Origin: Gemmatimonadaceae bacterium
Lineage (GTDB): Bacteria > Gemmatimonadota > Gemmatimonadetes > Gemmatimonadales > Gemmatimonadaceae
Direction: 5' to 3'
NCBI GenBank assembly: GCA_035575795.1
Contig: DATLXE010000559.1
Location: 3,497-67,496 of the forward strand
DNA length: 64,000 nucleotides
Position numbers and translations under genes: made by a program. This document shows positions 10,094 to 19,285 of the stretch, piece after piece (position 1 is the first letter of the stretch; each line of letters opens with the position of its first letter). The notes beneath the pieces are model-generated. The model did no database searches, was not told the origin of the DNA, and saw only the letters and a list, made by a program, of their open reading frames with translations.

Positions 10094-10486
10094 TTGGCGA
10101 AAGTTTATACCGTTGCTACAGTTGCACTTGCACTCAAAGTCGCCCCCAAGTGGCTCGACAATCTTCTTTCACACCATTCCGTTACGGGTGTGGACCGGGA
10201 AGCGCAGGGCAGGTCGCGTCGCCTGAGCACTCCAAGCGTCCAGCTTCTGGCGATCGCCCTCACGCTCATGAATGACTTGGCTCTGAGCACGCCACGAAGT
10301 CTCGCGCTGGCTGCAAAGCTCATGTCCTCCGGCGGGCGCCTGCAAACCCCGCGCGGTCTCCGTCTCGAGATCGATCTCAACTCGGCACGACAGGTTGTTA
10401 TCGAACGACTGAACTACGCCGTCGAGGTTGCGCCAGTGCCCCGGCGCGGACGTCCACCGCTAAACAAAACGGGGCGCCTCACCTGA
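10094..10486 (+). CDS. hypothetical DNA-binding protein (MerR-like HTH, C-terminal AT-hook RRGRPP)
   Basis: YTVATVALALKVAPKWLDN resembles the MerR N-terminus; AGGA SD before TTG start. Confidence 0.55.
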   Translation: MAKVYTVATVALALKVAPKWLDNLLSHHSVTGVDREAQGRSRRLSTPSVQLLAIALTLMNDLALSTPRSLALAAKLMSSGGRLQTPRGLRLEIDLNSARQVVIERLNYAVEVAPVPRRGRPPLNKTGRLT

Positions 10487-10495
10487 GACGCCCCG
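10466..10495 (-). terminator. intrinsic terminator of csp gene
   Basis: CGGGGCG-c-CTCA-cc-TGAG-a-CGCCCCG hairpin with an A4 tract on its left (U tract on minus strand). Confidence 0.7.
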
Positions 10496-10524
10496 CCAGA
10501 TTGTGCCAGTAAAGCCGAAGGCGC

Positions 10525-10734
10525 TCAGGAAGCCTTCGTTACGTTCTCAGCTGCCGGACCCTTCTGACCTTCGACGATGTCGAACTCCACGGCGTCGCCT
10601 TCAGCGAGGGACTTGAATCCCGAGCCGGAGATCGCGCTGTAGTGAACGAAGCAATCCTTCTGCCCGTTGTCAGGTGTGATGAAGCCGAAGCCCTTCGCAT
10701 CGTTGAACCACTTTACCTTGCCGGTCGTACGCAT
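10525..10734 (-). CDS. cspA: cold-shock protein (CspA family)
   Basis: [34 protein letters not shown]; AGGAG SD. Confidence 0.95.
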   Translation of the reverse strand: MRTTGKVKWFNDAKGFGFITPDNGQKDCFVHYSAISGSGFKSLAEGDAVEFDIVEGQKGPAAENVTKAS

Positions 10735-10887
10735 TCCCTACTCCTGGAAAATGGTGTCTCGGGAGCGGAACTACGCCCGACCCTCGACAATCTGTACGCA
10801 GGTCTCTCTTACCCCGCGCTGGACTTGAGCAACGTGACGCGCCCGTTTCCGCACGCCCCACCCGCCCGACTTGCAGAGAAAATAGCA
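10735..10887 (-). promoter_or_regulatory. csp promoter (TG-c-TATTTT) and long 5' UTR of about 135 nt
   Basis: Extended -10 at 10887-10879; a long untranslated leader is typical of csp genes. Confidence 0.45.
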
Positions 10888-10916
10888 AAGACCTGTTGGG
10901 CTCACAATAGAGATGT

Positions 10917-11318
10917 TCAGGGCTCTACAATGCGTACGTTTGAGACGAAGTAACTCGTTTCTCCGAAGCACGATGTCGGAATGCCGCGGTGCTCGTCGTA
11001 CGTCAGCGAAACGCGCTTGCCGAGGTTCTTCTCCAGTAGCGCCGCAACCGAGTCGTTTTTAACGGTGAACAGGAAAAGCTGTGGCATCGCGCCGGGAATT
11101 GCCGACATCGCGAGCTCGCCCTCCCACGTCTTGCACAGCCATCCCTTCTTGGAAAGCTTTTGGACGTACCCGGCCCTGTCTCCCTTGGAGTAGCTATAGC
11201 CAAGCGTCACCCACGTCCACAGCGCGATGATGATCGCGGGTATAAGCAGCAGCGAAAGCAGAAACATGAGACCCTTGCGGCGCTTTTTTTTCTTTTCGGG
11301 AACTGGCGTATCGGCCAT
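10917..11318 (-). CDS. conserved hypothetical membrane-anchored protein
   Basis: Basic patch plus one TM helix, then [27 protein letters not shown]...GETSYF; GGAG SD before ATG 11318. Confidence 0.7.
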   Translation of the reverse strand: MADTPVPEKKKKRRKGLMFLLSLLLIPAIIIALWTWVTLGYSYSKGDRAGYVQKLSKKGWLCKTWEGELAMSAIPGAMPQLFLFTVKNDSVAALLEKNLGKRVSLTYDEHRGIPTSCFGETSYFVSNVRIVEP

Positions 11319-11411
11319 TGGTGCTCCAGATGTCGGGGAAGTGTTCGGTTCCAATGCACCGCTCAGGCCATGGAATTAGCTTTCACCTTTCCCAGAGCGC
11401 AAGAAATCGGC

Positions 11412-12644
11412 ATGGCAGCAGCAAGAAGACGCACGGTTACGGTTAACGTCGGCGGCGTTCCGGTTGGCTCCGCACACCCGATTGTGGTGCAGTCGATGAC
11501 CAACACCGACACCGCCGACGCCGAGGGGACTGCCAGGCAGGTTGCCGACCTCGCTGCGGCCGGCAGCCGGATCGTTCGCGTCACGGTCAACAACGACGAG
11601 GCGGCACGGGCCGTCCCGGAGATCGCAAACAGGCTCGCCGACATGGGCGTCACGGTCCCGATCATCGGCGACTTCCACTACAACGGACACCTCCTCCTCG
11701 CCCGCTACCCCGACACCGCCCGCACTCTCGCCAAGTACCGCATCAATCCGGGCAACGTCGGCGGCAAGCGGCGCGACGAAAATTTCCGCACCATCATCCG
11801 CATCGCGCTCGACAACCACCGCCCGGTAAGGATAGGCGTCAACTGGGGCTCGCTCGACCAGGACCTGCTTACCGCTCTCATGGACGAGAACGCCCGCCTG
11901 ACAGAACAGCAGTCGGCAAAGGAAGTCTATATCGAGGCAATGCTGCAGAGCGCGCTCCGTTCCGCCGCAGTTGCCGAAGAGGTGGGGCTGCCGCACGATC
12001 ACATCATCATTTCGGCCAAGGTTTCCGGCGTGCAGGATCTGCTCACAGTTTACCGGCGCCTCGCTTCCCGCTGCGACTACCCGCTGCACCTCGGGCTCAC
12101 CGAAGCCGGACTCGGCGCCAAGGGGATCGTCGCCAGCACGGCGGCGCTCTCGATCCTGCTCACGGACGGCATCGGCGACACCATCCGGGTCTCCCTGACA
12201 CCGCGTCCAAACGGCGACCGCACAGAAGAGGTGCACGTCGCACAGCAGATCCTCCAGTCGCTCGAGCTCCAGAGCTTCAATCCCCAGGTAACCGCGTGTC
12301 CCGGGTGCGGGCGCACGACCTCAACATTTTTTCAACACATGGCGGAAGACATCCAGACGTACCTGCGCGAGCAGATGCCGCTCTGGAGGGCGCGTTATCC
12401 CGGGGTCGTGGAGATGAAGGTGGCGGTGATGGGCTGCATCGTTAACGGGCCCGGCGAATCACGTCACGCCAACATCGGGATCTCGCTCCCGGGGACGTTC
12501 GAGGATCCGAAAGCTCCGGTGTACGTGGACGGGCAACTCCATGTCACGCTCAAGGGCGAGACGATCGTGCCGGAGTTTCTCGAGATTCTCGAGCGTTACG
12601 TCGAGCGGACGTACGGGGAGGGGAGGGAGGCAATCGCGTCCTGA
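11412..12644 (+). CDS. ispG: HMBPP synthase (flavodoxin/ferredoxin-dependent)
   Basis: [59 protein letters not shown]. Confidence 0.96.
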   Translation: MAAARRRTVTVNVGGVPVGSAHPIVVQSMTNTDTADAEGTARQVADLAAAGSRIVRVTVNNDEAARAVPEIANRLADMGVTVPIIGDFHYNGHLLLARYPDTARTLAKYRINPGNVGGKRRDENFRTIIRIALDNHRPVRIGVNWGSLDQDLLTALMDENARLTEQQSAKEVYIEAMLQSALRSAAVAEEVGLPHDHIIISAKVSGVQDLLTVYRRLASRCDYPLHLGLTEAGLGAKGIVASTAALSILLTDGIGDTIRVSLTPRPNGDRTEEVHVAQQILQSLELQSFNPQVTACPGCGRTTSTFFQHMAEDIQTYLREQMPLWRARYPGVVEMKVAVMGCIVNGPGESRHANIGISLPGTFEDPKAPVYVDGQLHVTLKGETIVPEFLEILERYVERTYGEGREAIAS

Positions 12645-12724
12645 ACGGCCACGGCGATTGAGCGCGGGTTGGCTACTGTGTCCTGAACGGCGACGGCAAA
12701 TTGCAGTTGCAGTTGCAGTTGTAG
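12638..12724. repeat. 18-bp direct repeat plus hexamer microsatellite between convergent genes
   Basis: GTCCTGAACGGC(C/G)ACGGC at 12638 and 12680, then (TTGCAG)x3-TTGTAG at 12701-12724. Confidence 0.8.
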
Positions 12725-13330
12725 TTAAGGCATCCGCTCCAGCTCACGGGATACCCTCTCCAGTTCGGCCATGATCGGCGCCTCGAACCCCACCTCCGCA
12801 AGCCGATCGTGAACTGCACGGTACCACCGCACCGTCCGCTCCCTGCCGCCGCCGAACCGGTTCCAGATGCTGTGCGAATCAACCGTGCGCTTGAGATCAG
12901 CGAGAATCGAGGACGCGTTGTGAATCTTGTCAGCGGCGCACACCCAGCGCGCCCTCTCTCCGGCGACCGCCAGCCGATCGAGATAGTCCGCCTTCTTGTC
13001 CTCTCCCGACAGCGGATCGCCGTCGTCGCTCTGCAGGCGGTGCGTCACGGCGAGCACGGTGTCGAGAACGTCGTCGCCGAACTTTTCGCCGATCCGCTGC
13101 TCGAGCATCTCCTGCGTGTAGCCATCACGCACGCAATCCTCGACGACATCGTGGAGGATGCCGGCAACCACCGTCTCGTCGTCCTGACCGTAGCGCGTGA
13201 GTATCACCGCGACGTTAGCCGGATGCGTGAGGTAAGGAAGCTTCGTCCCCCTCCGCACCTGCCGGTCGTGGTGCTTGGCGGCGAAGGCAAATGCGTGGTT
13301 GACTACGTCGGAGTATCCGGTGACGCTCAT
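12725..13330 (-). CDS. HD-domain protein, Mesh1 / small alarmone hydrolase-like
   Basis: HDRQVRRGTKLPYLTHP, GILHDVVED and ADKIHN match the RelA/SpoT hydrolase domain. Confidence 0.8.
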   Translation of the reverse strand: MSVTGYSDVVNHAFAFAAKHHDRQVRRGTKLPYLTHPANVAVILTRYGQDDETVVAGILHDVVEDCVRDGYTQEMLEQRIGEKFGDDVLDTVLAVTHRLQSDDGDPLSGEDKKADYLDRLAVAGERARWVCAADKIHNASSILADLKRTVDSHSIWNRFGGGRERTVRWYRAVHDRLAEVGFEAPIMAELERVSRELERMP

Positions 13331-13821
13331 GATCTGTCGGAAGCGAACAATGAAACGAGACTCTCGAGGCCGGCCTGATCCTGCTCGTCGAAGGAGCCCA
13401 GCTGCGCAGAATCTACGTCGAAAACGGCGATCAGATCATCCCTCGCGTTGAAGACAGGAACGACAATCTCCGATCTGGCAGTTGCATCGCACGCGATGTG
13501 CCCCGGAAACAGGGACACGTCGGGAACGATCACGGTCCTCCGCTCAGCGGCGGCAGTCCCGCACACTCCGCGGCCGAACGCAATCTCGAGGCAGCCAAGA
13601 TTCCCCTGGTAAGGACCGACGCGAAGGAGCTTCCCGGGAACGGCGACCCTGTAAAAACCCGTCCACAGATGTCCGAACGCATGGTGCACGAGCGCCGAGA
13701 GCGTTGCCATCGCCGCAATTTCGTCCGGTTCACCTTCGAGTAACGCGTGGAGATGCTCCCTCAGCTCTCCGTACGCGGCCGGCCTGGCAGTGTTTCTGAG
13801 ATCCGGGATCGTCTCAGCCAC
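13327..13821 (-). CDS. msrC: GAF-domain protein, free methionine-(R)-sulfoxide reductase-like
   Basis: WTGFY, GPYQG..GC, GRGVCG, FPGHIACD, SEIVVP; all three Cys of fRMsr present. Confidence 0.7.
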   Translation of the reverse strand: MAETIPDLRNTARPAAYGELREHLHALLEGEPDEIAAMATLSALVHHAFGHLWTGFYRVAVPGKLLRVGPYQGNLGCLEIAFGRGVCGTAAAERRTVIVPDVSLFPGHIACDATARSEIVVPVFNARDDLIAVFDVDSAQLGSFDEQDQAGLESLVSLFASDRS

Positions 13822-13829
13822 GCGTCTCG

Positions 13830-15554
13830 TTACCGCGCAGCGGCAAGCTCTGGCTGAAAGCCCTCACTCGGCTTCGATGCGTTGATCAGCTCTTCGCGGG
13901 TGTCGATCTGCGGCATCTCCGCATCCCAGAGCACGAGTCCGTGTATCCGCATGTCGACGCCGCGCAGGCTGTCGACGGCGCTCTTGAGGCTGTTGAGCGT
14001 GGTTCGCGCGACGCGCGCGCACAGAATTACATCAGGACCGGGAATGATGCTCGTCTCCGTTCGCTGAACGTAGCTGGTCGGCGCGGCGATGATGATGAAG
14101 TCGTAGCGCCGTTGCAGACGCGCGAGCTCATTCTTGATGTCCTCGACGGTATGTGGCTCCGGCAGCCCGGCGCGCTTCGTCCCGCTCGGCAGCACGTCGA
14201 GCGGACGATCGCGGCCGATCGTCGTTGGTACCACCGCCTCGGGCCATGTTGCCGCCCCGGTAATGATGCCCGAGAGGCCGGGGTCGGGGCGAATGCGGAG
14301 CACGCCGGCGATGCTGCTCGTCGTCGGGTCGACGTCGACGAGCAGGGCACTGCGCGCTTCGAACGCCGCGGATGCCGCGAGATTGGCGGCGACCGTGGCG
14401 ACGATCTCGGGCTCGTCTCCGGTAATCGTGACGATCGGCACGCTGTCTTCCACCGAGGCAATGTGCAGGTAGAGGGTACGATAGCTCTCAGAAACGATGT
14501 CGATGAGCGGCGGCGCCTCGACGTCGGCCTGCCGCCGCGCTCTCTCGACCATGACCTCCGGAGGACGCACGACCGTCAGCACCCGTGCTCCGCTCACCTG
14601 CTCCGCTTCGCGCGAGTCAGCGATGTGCGGACGCTGCAGCTCGAGTCCGAACGCGACCGCGAAACCAAGCGCGAGCGCGAGGACGACGGCGGCGGCGAGC
14701 ATTGCCCAGGGGGGAGCGTCGACGTTCGCGAGGTCGCGCGCGCGCGCCGCTTCTCGGTCGATGCGGGTGTTCTTCTCACGGATCTTCGCCAGTTCCTGCG
14801 TCGCGCCGGTATAAACCTGGAACGCGGTCAGTCGGCGTGAGGTGTAACCGGCCGTATCCACCGTTATCGTCGGACGGACGACCGGCGCGCGCGTCGGGCT
14901 GATCACCATAAGCTGGTTCCTCAACTCGCCGCGCTTCGATTCTGCCACCCCCTGAATCGACCTGCCGATAGCCGTCGCCCGCGAAGTGAGGGCGAGATAA
15001 ACGGGATCGACCCCGCCGACCGCGCCAAATGCCGCCCGCTCGCGTTCGATGGCCGCGAGCGAGTCGAGCATTGACGGAACTCCCGCCTCCGCCGCGATTA
15101 GCGAGGACGCCGCAAGGGCCCGGTAGGAGCTGGGCAGGGGAGCGTCCTCGACGCGGGCAATGAGCCTGTTCAACGTCGCGAGCTGAGTCGTCACGGATTC
15201 GCGCCGTGCGATCATCGCCGGCGGGAAGGTGTCGATCACCGGGACGATCACCGGATTGGCGGCCAGCCGCGCCGCCGCCAGCACCGAGTCGGCCGTGTTG
15301 ATCTCGACGAGCGCGCGGTTCCGCATCCCCACGACCGGCACGGAATCCTCCCGCGCTTCGATTGTCGCGGCAACGGCCTGTGACTTCCGCGATGCGTTGC
15401 GGGGCACGAGGACGAACGCGATCAACGCGCCGATAAATACGAGGCCACCCGCGATGCCAAGGATGGCTGGGCGGCGCATCGCGTTCCGAGCCCGAGAGGC
15501 CATCCAGAGGTAGGTAGTCCCTCCGCTCAGGCGGCCAAGATTACGAACGGTCAT
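13830..15554 (-). CDS. Wzc/CpsD-like membrane protein with degenerate kinase domain
   Basis: Two TM helices flank a coiled-coil region; ESYRTL, AANLA, LLVDVD, YDFIII. Walker A and Walker B are degenerate. Confidence 0.7.
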   Translation of the reverse strand: MTVRNLGRLSGGTTYLWMASRARNAMRRPAILGIAGGLVFIGALIAFVLVPRNASRKSQAVAATIEAREDSVPVVGMRNRALVEINTADSVLAAARLAANPVIVPVIDTFPPAMIARRESVTTQLATLNRLIARVEDAPLPSSYRALAASSLIAAEAGVPSMLDSLAAIERERAAFGAVGGVDPVYLALTSRATAIGRSIQGVAESKRGELRNQLMVISPTRAPVVRPTITVDTAGYTSRRLTAFQVYTGATQELAKIREKNTRIDREAARARDLANVDAPPWAMLAAAVVLALALGFAVAFGLELQRPHIADSREAEQVSGARVLTVVRPPEVMVERARRQADVEAPPLIDIVSESYRTLYLHIASVEDSVPIVTITGDEPEIVATVAANLAASAAFEARSALLVDVDPTTSSIAGVLRIRPDPGLSGIITGAATWPEAVVPTTIGRDRPLDVLPSGTKRAGLPEPHTVEDIKNELARLQRRYDFIIIAAPTSYVQRTETSIIPGPDVILCARVARTTLNSLKSAVDSLRGVDMRIHGLVLWDAEMPQIDTREELINASKPSEGFQPELAAAR

Positions 15555-15590
15555 GATTCAGACATCATAAGAGTTGGCACCCAATGATGC

Positions 15591-15624
15591 AAAAAAGCGG
15601 CGAGGGCTTGCGCCCCCGCCGCTT
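15591..15624 (-). terminator. intrinsic terminator of cupredoxin gene
   Basis: AAGCGGCG-AGGGC-TTGC-GCCC-CCGCCGCTT hairpin with an A6 tract (U6 on minus). Confidence 0.8.
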
Positions 15625-15644
15625 ATGCCCCGGATTCGGGAATG

Positions 15645-16157
15645 CTACTGGACCGTGACGACGCCCTTCATGTTCATCGCGACGTGCGGTACACAGTTAT
15701 AGGGATAGTTGCCGGCTTTGATGTTCGCAAAGGAGACCGTGATCGTCTCGTTCGGGTTCATCTTCATCGCGCTGGAGAGCTCGCCCATCTTGTCGGTGCC
15801 CATGTTGGCATCGAGCTGTGCCTTCACGTCCGCGGGAACGCTGGCGGGATCAAAGGCAACGTTGTGCGGGCCGCCCGAGACCATCACGAACTTGATTCCG
15901 TCGCCCTGCTTGACGGTGATGTTGGCGGGCTCGAAGCGATAGCCCTTCGCGTCGCCGAGCATGTTCACCGTGTGCGTCTTGCCGGTGATCGCGGCCATCG
16001 TACCCGTCGCGCCCGGGGTCGTCGTGCCAGCGGCCATTCCACCGGCCGGCATTGCCGTGTCGACTGCGACGGCGGTCGTATCGGCCGGCTTGTCTCCACC
16101 GGCACAGGCGCCAAGCGCCAGTACTGCACCAACAATTGCCAAGCTATAAAATCTCAT
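15645..16157 (-). CDS. plastocyanin/azurin-family type 1 copper lipoprotein
   Basis: Lipobox LGAC, Thr/Ala/Gly linker, PHNV and YNCVPHVAMNM (His, Cys, His, Met ligands); GGAGG SD before ATG 16157. Confidence 0.9.
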   Translation of the reverse strand: MRFYSLAIVGAVLALGACAGGDKPADTTAVAVDTAMPAGGMAAGTTTPGATGTMAAITGKTHTVNMLGDAKGYRFEPANITVKQGDGIKFVMVSGGPHNVAFDPASVPADVKAQLDANMGTDKMGELSSAMKMNPNETITVSFANIKAGNYPYNCVPHVAMNMKGVVTVQ

Positions 16158-16223
16158 CTTGAAAGGCCTCCCAAAGGCTCGCAGTAATACCTGTACCGTT
16201 AGAAATCTGGTCAATCGGCAACA

Positions 16224-16241
16224 TTGTGAATTTATTCACAA
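16224..16241. promoter_or_regulatory. Rex-type operator
   Basis: TTGTGAA-TTTA-TTCACAA is an exact match to the Rex consensus TTGTGAAnnnnTTCACAA; it also fits the Crp core TGTGA-N6-TCACA. Confidence 0.75.
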
Positions 16242-16278
16242 ACTAGCCAAACCGCAATGACGGCAACACTTTCCACGC

Positions 16279-16980
16279 TTGATCGCGATCCCGGCAATCG
16301 ACCTGAGAGACGGCATTGGTGTCGACCCTTCGGGGTCCGACCGGTCCAGTGTCGGCGACGCATTGACTCTGGCGCAGGACTGGCGCGATGCCGGCTTCAA
16401 GCGCCTCCACCTCACCGACGTTGACGCGGCCACAGGGCAAGGCTCCAACAGCGAGCTCCTTGAGGAGATTCTTACGAATTCCCCCCTGCGTTGCCAAGTG
16501 GGCGGCGGAATTGGCAAAATCGCGATGGTAGAAAGGCTTCTCTCGAAGGGTGCAGCCGCCATCGTCGTTGGAGGCAGGGCACTTGAAGATGCGGATTGGC
16601 TGGAGAGCGTTACCGGGCTTTTCCCTGGCTCGATCATCGTCGCGGCGCACGTACGCGATCGCCGGGTTCTCAATCGGGGATGGACTGCAGCCCACGCCAG
16701 GCTGGTTGTCGACGTCGTCGAAGAGCTCAATTCGTTGCCGCTCGCGGGGGTGATGATCACCACCGTCAACCATCAGCAGGACGTTGCCGAGATCGACTAC
16801 CCGCTGCTCGAGGCTGTGGCCGATGCGTGCGAATTTCCGGTGACGGCCGCCGGCGACATCCGCACAATGATGGACCTGCGCGCGCTTGCCGACCGTGGCC
16901 TTGCTGCGGCCGTGATCGGCGGCGCCCTCTACAGCGGAGCGATCAACGCCCGCGTCGTCGCCGACGAGTTCGGCGAATAG
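16279..16980 (+). CDS. HisA/HisF-family TIM-barrel protein, degenerate HisA paralog
   Basis: IPAIDL, LHLTDVDAA, QVGGGI, VIGGALYSG; second and third acidic active-site positions appear substituted. Confidence 0.75.
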   Translation: MIAIPAIDLRDGIGVDPSGSDRSSVGDALTLAQDWRDAGFKRLHLTDVDAATGQGSNSELLEEILTNSPLRCQVGGGIGKIAMVERLLSKGAAAIVVGGRALEDADWLESVTGLFPGSIIVAAHVRDRRVLNRGWTAAHARLVVDVVEELNSLPLAGVMITTVNHQQDVAEIDYPLLEAVADACEFPVTAAGDIRTMMDLRALADRGLAAAVIGGALYSGAINARVVADEFGE

Positions 16981-17100
16981 CAGACAAGTCGCAAGTGATT
17001 ACGTCCGCGTTAAGAGTCTTAGAGCAGTCGAATGTGCGCTCACAAGTGAGATGGCCCAGTCCGGGGCAATCAGAATACGAGCGGTGGTAGATTAGCTCAC

Positions 17101-17835
17101 ATGGCCAGTCTCGACTATCGCGCTCGGATCTACGATCATTACGTTCACGCGCGGACGACATCGCTTGCGCCTGCTACGCTAAGCGGGTTTACGTCGCGAG
17201 AGCCGTATCTCCTCAAAGTGATTCGCCAGCATTTCCCGCGCAATCGCGATGCCGGCATCCTCGATCTTGGCTGTGGGCATGGTGTGCTCATTTACTTTGC
17301 ACGGCGCGCCGGGTACTCCAGGATCGTTGGAGTTGATCGATCGCCTGAACAGGTCGCGGAAGCGCGTCGGCTGGGAATCGACGGAGTGCGCGAAGGCGAT
17401 CTCATGGCGACGCTTGAAGAGCTCTCGGACGAGTCGCAAGACGCGATTATCGCATTCGACGTCATCGAACATTTCACGCGTGAGGAGCTGTTGCCGCTTG
17501 TGGATGAAGTCAGGCGAGTCCTCAAACCCGGTGGCAAGTGGCTAATCCATACGCCAAATGCAGAATCGCCCTTTTTCGGCAGAATACGATACGGAGACAT
17601 GACGCACGAGCAGGCCTTCACGGCTACGTCGATGGGACAGTTGCTGCTCTCGTCCGGCTTTCAGTCGCTCTGCTGTTACGAGGATACGCCCATTGTTCAC
17701 GGTTTGATGAGCGCGTTTCGATACAGCATCTGGATCGTGCTGCGAGGAATGCTCCGGCTTTACCTGGCGGCTGAAACGGGACAGGCGCGGGGCGCGATTC
17801 TTACTCAGAATTTCTTGGTAGTAGGCGTACGCTAG
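17101..17835 (+). CDS. class I SAM-dependent methyltransferase
   Basis: ILDLGCGHG, GVDRS, FDVIEH, LKPGG, TPN. Confidence 0.88.
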   Translation: MASLDYRARIYDHYVHARTTSLAPATLSGFTSREPYLLKVIRQHFPRNRDAGILDLGCGHGVLIYFARRAGYSRIVGVDRSPEQVAEARRLGIDGVREGDLMATLEELSDESQDAIIAFDVIEHFTREELLPLVDEVRRVLKPGGKWLIHTPNAESPFFGRIRYGDMTHEQAFTATSMGQLLLSSGFQSLCCYEDTPIVHGLMSAFRYSIWIVLRGMLRLYLAAETGQARGAILTQNFLVVGVR

Positions 17836-17974
17836 TCCGTTCGGCCGAGCGAAGAGAGCGCCGTCGTGCTTGTGGAAAGGTTGAGTGCCAACTCTCGCCA
17901 TCTCTATGTGCATGCGCAACTGCGATTTCAGCATCGCAGTCAGGCCGAGAGTTACGGTAACGCATCGGTCGGGT

Positions 17975-19285
17975 CTAGAAAAGACCGATAGTACGCGGGT
18001 TCAGCTTCGACGGATCCCCAACATAAGCGAACCGAATTCCCTTCATGTACCGCCTCGCGACGCGCTGCACCGCCTCCGGCGTCACGTTGCGCAGGTCGGC
18101 CACGAATCTTTCTGCCGATCGGTAATCGCCGGAGTAGAGCTGCGCCCGCGCCAGAAAATCGGCCTGCGCCGCGTTCGTCTCGTTGTCGAGAAAGTACTCG
18201 GTGATGAACTGCTGCCCAAGCTCGCGCAAGCCGTTCGGATCGAGCAACCCGGTCTGCAGGTCCGATATTGCCGACCTCATCAGTTTGAGCGTGGTATCGG
18301 GAAATGCCGTCGACACGTATAGCCCGCCCGCCGTCGCCGCACGATCGACGAATGGCGCGTGCACGTCATAGGTCAGGTTCTGCCGCGTCCGGATCTCGGC
18401 GAACATCCGGCCCGTCAGCACCGATGTCGCCACCCGTAGCGCGGGATAGTCCGCACCACGCGCGATCGGCCCGCTGTAGTAGCCGAGTATGTAGTTGGTA
18501 GGAAGCGCTCGCCTTTCCACGACGACCGCCGTGGACAGCTCGGGAATACGCGGCGGATCGGTCCATTTGTATGCGCCTCGGGGGAGCTGGCCAATGCTCT
18601 CCGCGACGAGTCGCGAGACACGCGCACTGTCGACGTTGCCGACGACGACCAGCAGCATTCGCGACGTTACGAGCTGACTTCGGTGATACGCGCGCAACGC
18701 GGAAGAGTCGAGCGCCTGAACCGATTTCTCGGTGCCGATCACCGACACCGAGTACGGATGGCCCGTGTACGCGATGCTGTCGGCCAGGTAGTGCGCCAGC
18801 GCGTCAGGGTCGTCACGCCGCTGCCTGATGCCCGAGATGTACTGCGTCTTCACCAGGTTCACCTCCGCCGTCGCCAGCGTCGGTCGCATCACCCGGTCGG
18901 CGAATATTGCCCACGTCGAATCGAAAACCTCGGCGCTCGACCTGATGCCGAACATCGTCCAGTCGGCGCTCGGCGCGAGAACGATCTCGCTGCCCAGCCT
19001 CGACATCGCGCGCCGCAGTGCGTTTTTCGGATACTTCTGCGTGCCGCGCTCCGATACCTCGAGCAGCAGCGGTTCGATGCCGGCGTTCGCTTCCGATACC
19101 TGTCTCGCGCCACCAAGCAGGTAGAGATTGGCGGCGACGACGTTGTTGGCATCGTTGCGGCGGAGAATGACCTTCACGCCGGAGACTTCGAAGCTTGTCG
19201 TCGTCGCCGGAGCGGGTGCGTTTCCCGGCACGAGCGCGGCGATGACCGCCGAGATTGCAACCGCGGTGTGAAAGAGCATCGTCAC
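17975..19285 (-). CDS. M16 family peptidase, non-catalytic subunit
   Basis: M16 fold motifs (GHPY, VVVGNVD, EIRTRQNLTY) but no HxxEH; ATGA-type overlap with partner. Confidence 0.8.
   Translation of the reverse strand: MTMLFHTAVAISAVIAALVPGNAPAPATTTSFEVSGVKVILRRNDANNVVAANLYLLGGARQVSEANAGIEPLLLEVSERGTQKYPKNALRRAMSRLGSEIVLAPSADWTMFGIRSSAEVFDSTWAIFADRVMRPTLATAEVNLVKTQYISGIRQRRDDPDALAHYLADSIAYTGHPYSVSVIGTEKSVQALDSSALRAYHRSQLVTSRMLLVVVGNVDSARVSRLVAESIGQLPRGAYKWTDPPRIPELSTAVVVERRALPTNYILGYYSGPIARGADYPALRVATSVLTGRMFAEIRTRQNLTYDVHAPFVDRAATAGGLYVSTAFPDTTLKLMRSAISDLQTGLLDPNGLRELGQQFITEYFLDNETNAAQADFLARAQLYSGDYRSAERFVADLRNVTPEAVQRVARRYMKGIRFAYVGDPSKLNPRTIGLF

Noticed and set aside
12638-12697. Two 18-bp repeats as a mini-CRISPR
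   Set aside because: Only two short copies with a 24-bp spacer, and no cas genes or leader.
16232-16240. TTATTCACA as a DnaA box
   Set aside because: It is half of a perfect 18-bp Rex/Crp-type palindrome, which is the better explanation.
17883-17891. GAGTGCCAA as a CIRCE/HrcA site
   Set aside because: Only the right half-site is present, and it lies between convergent genes.
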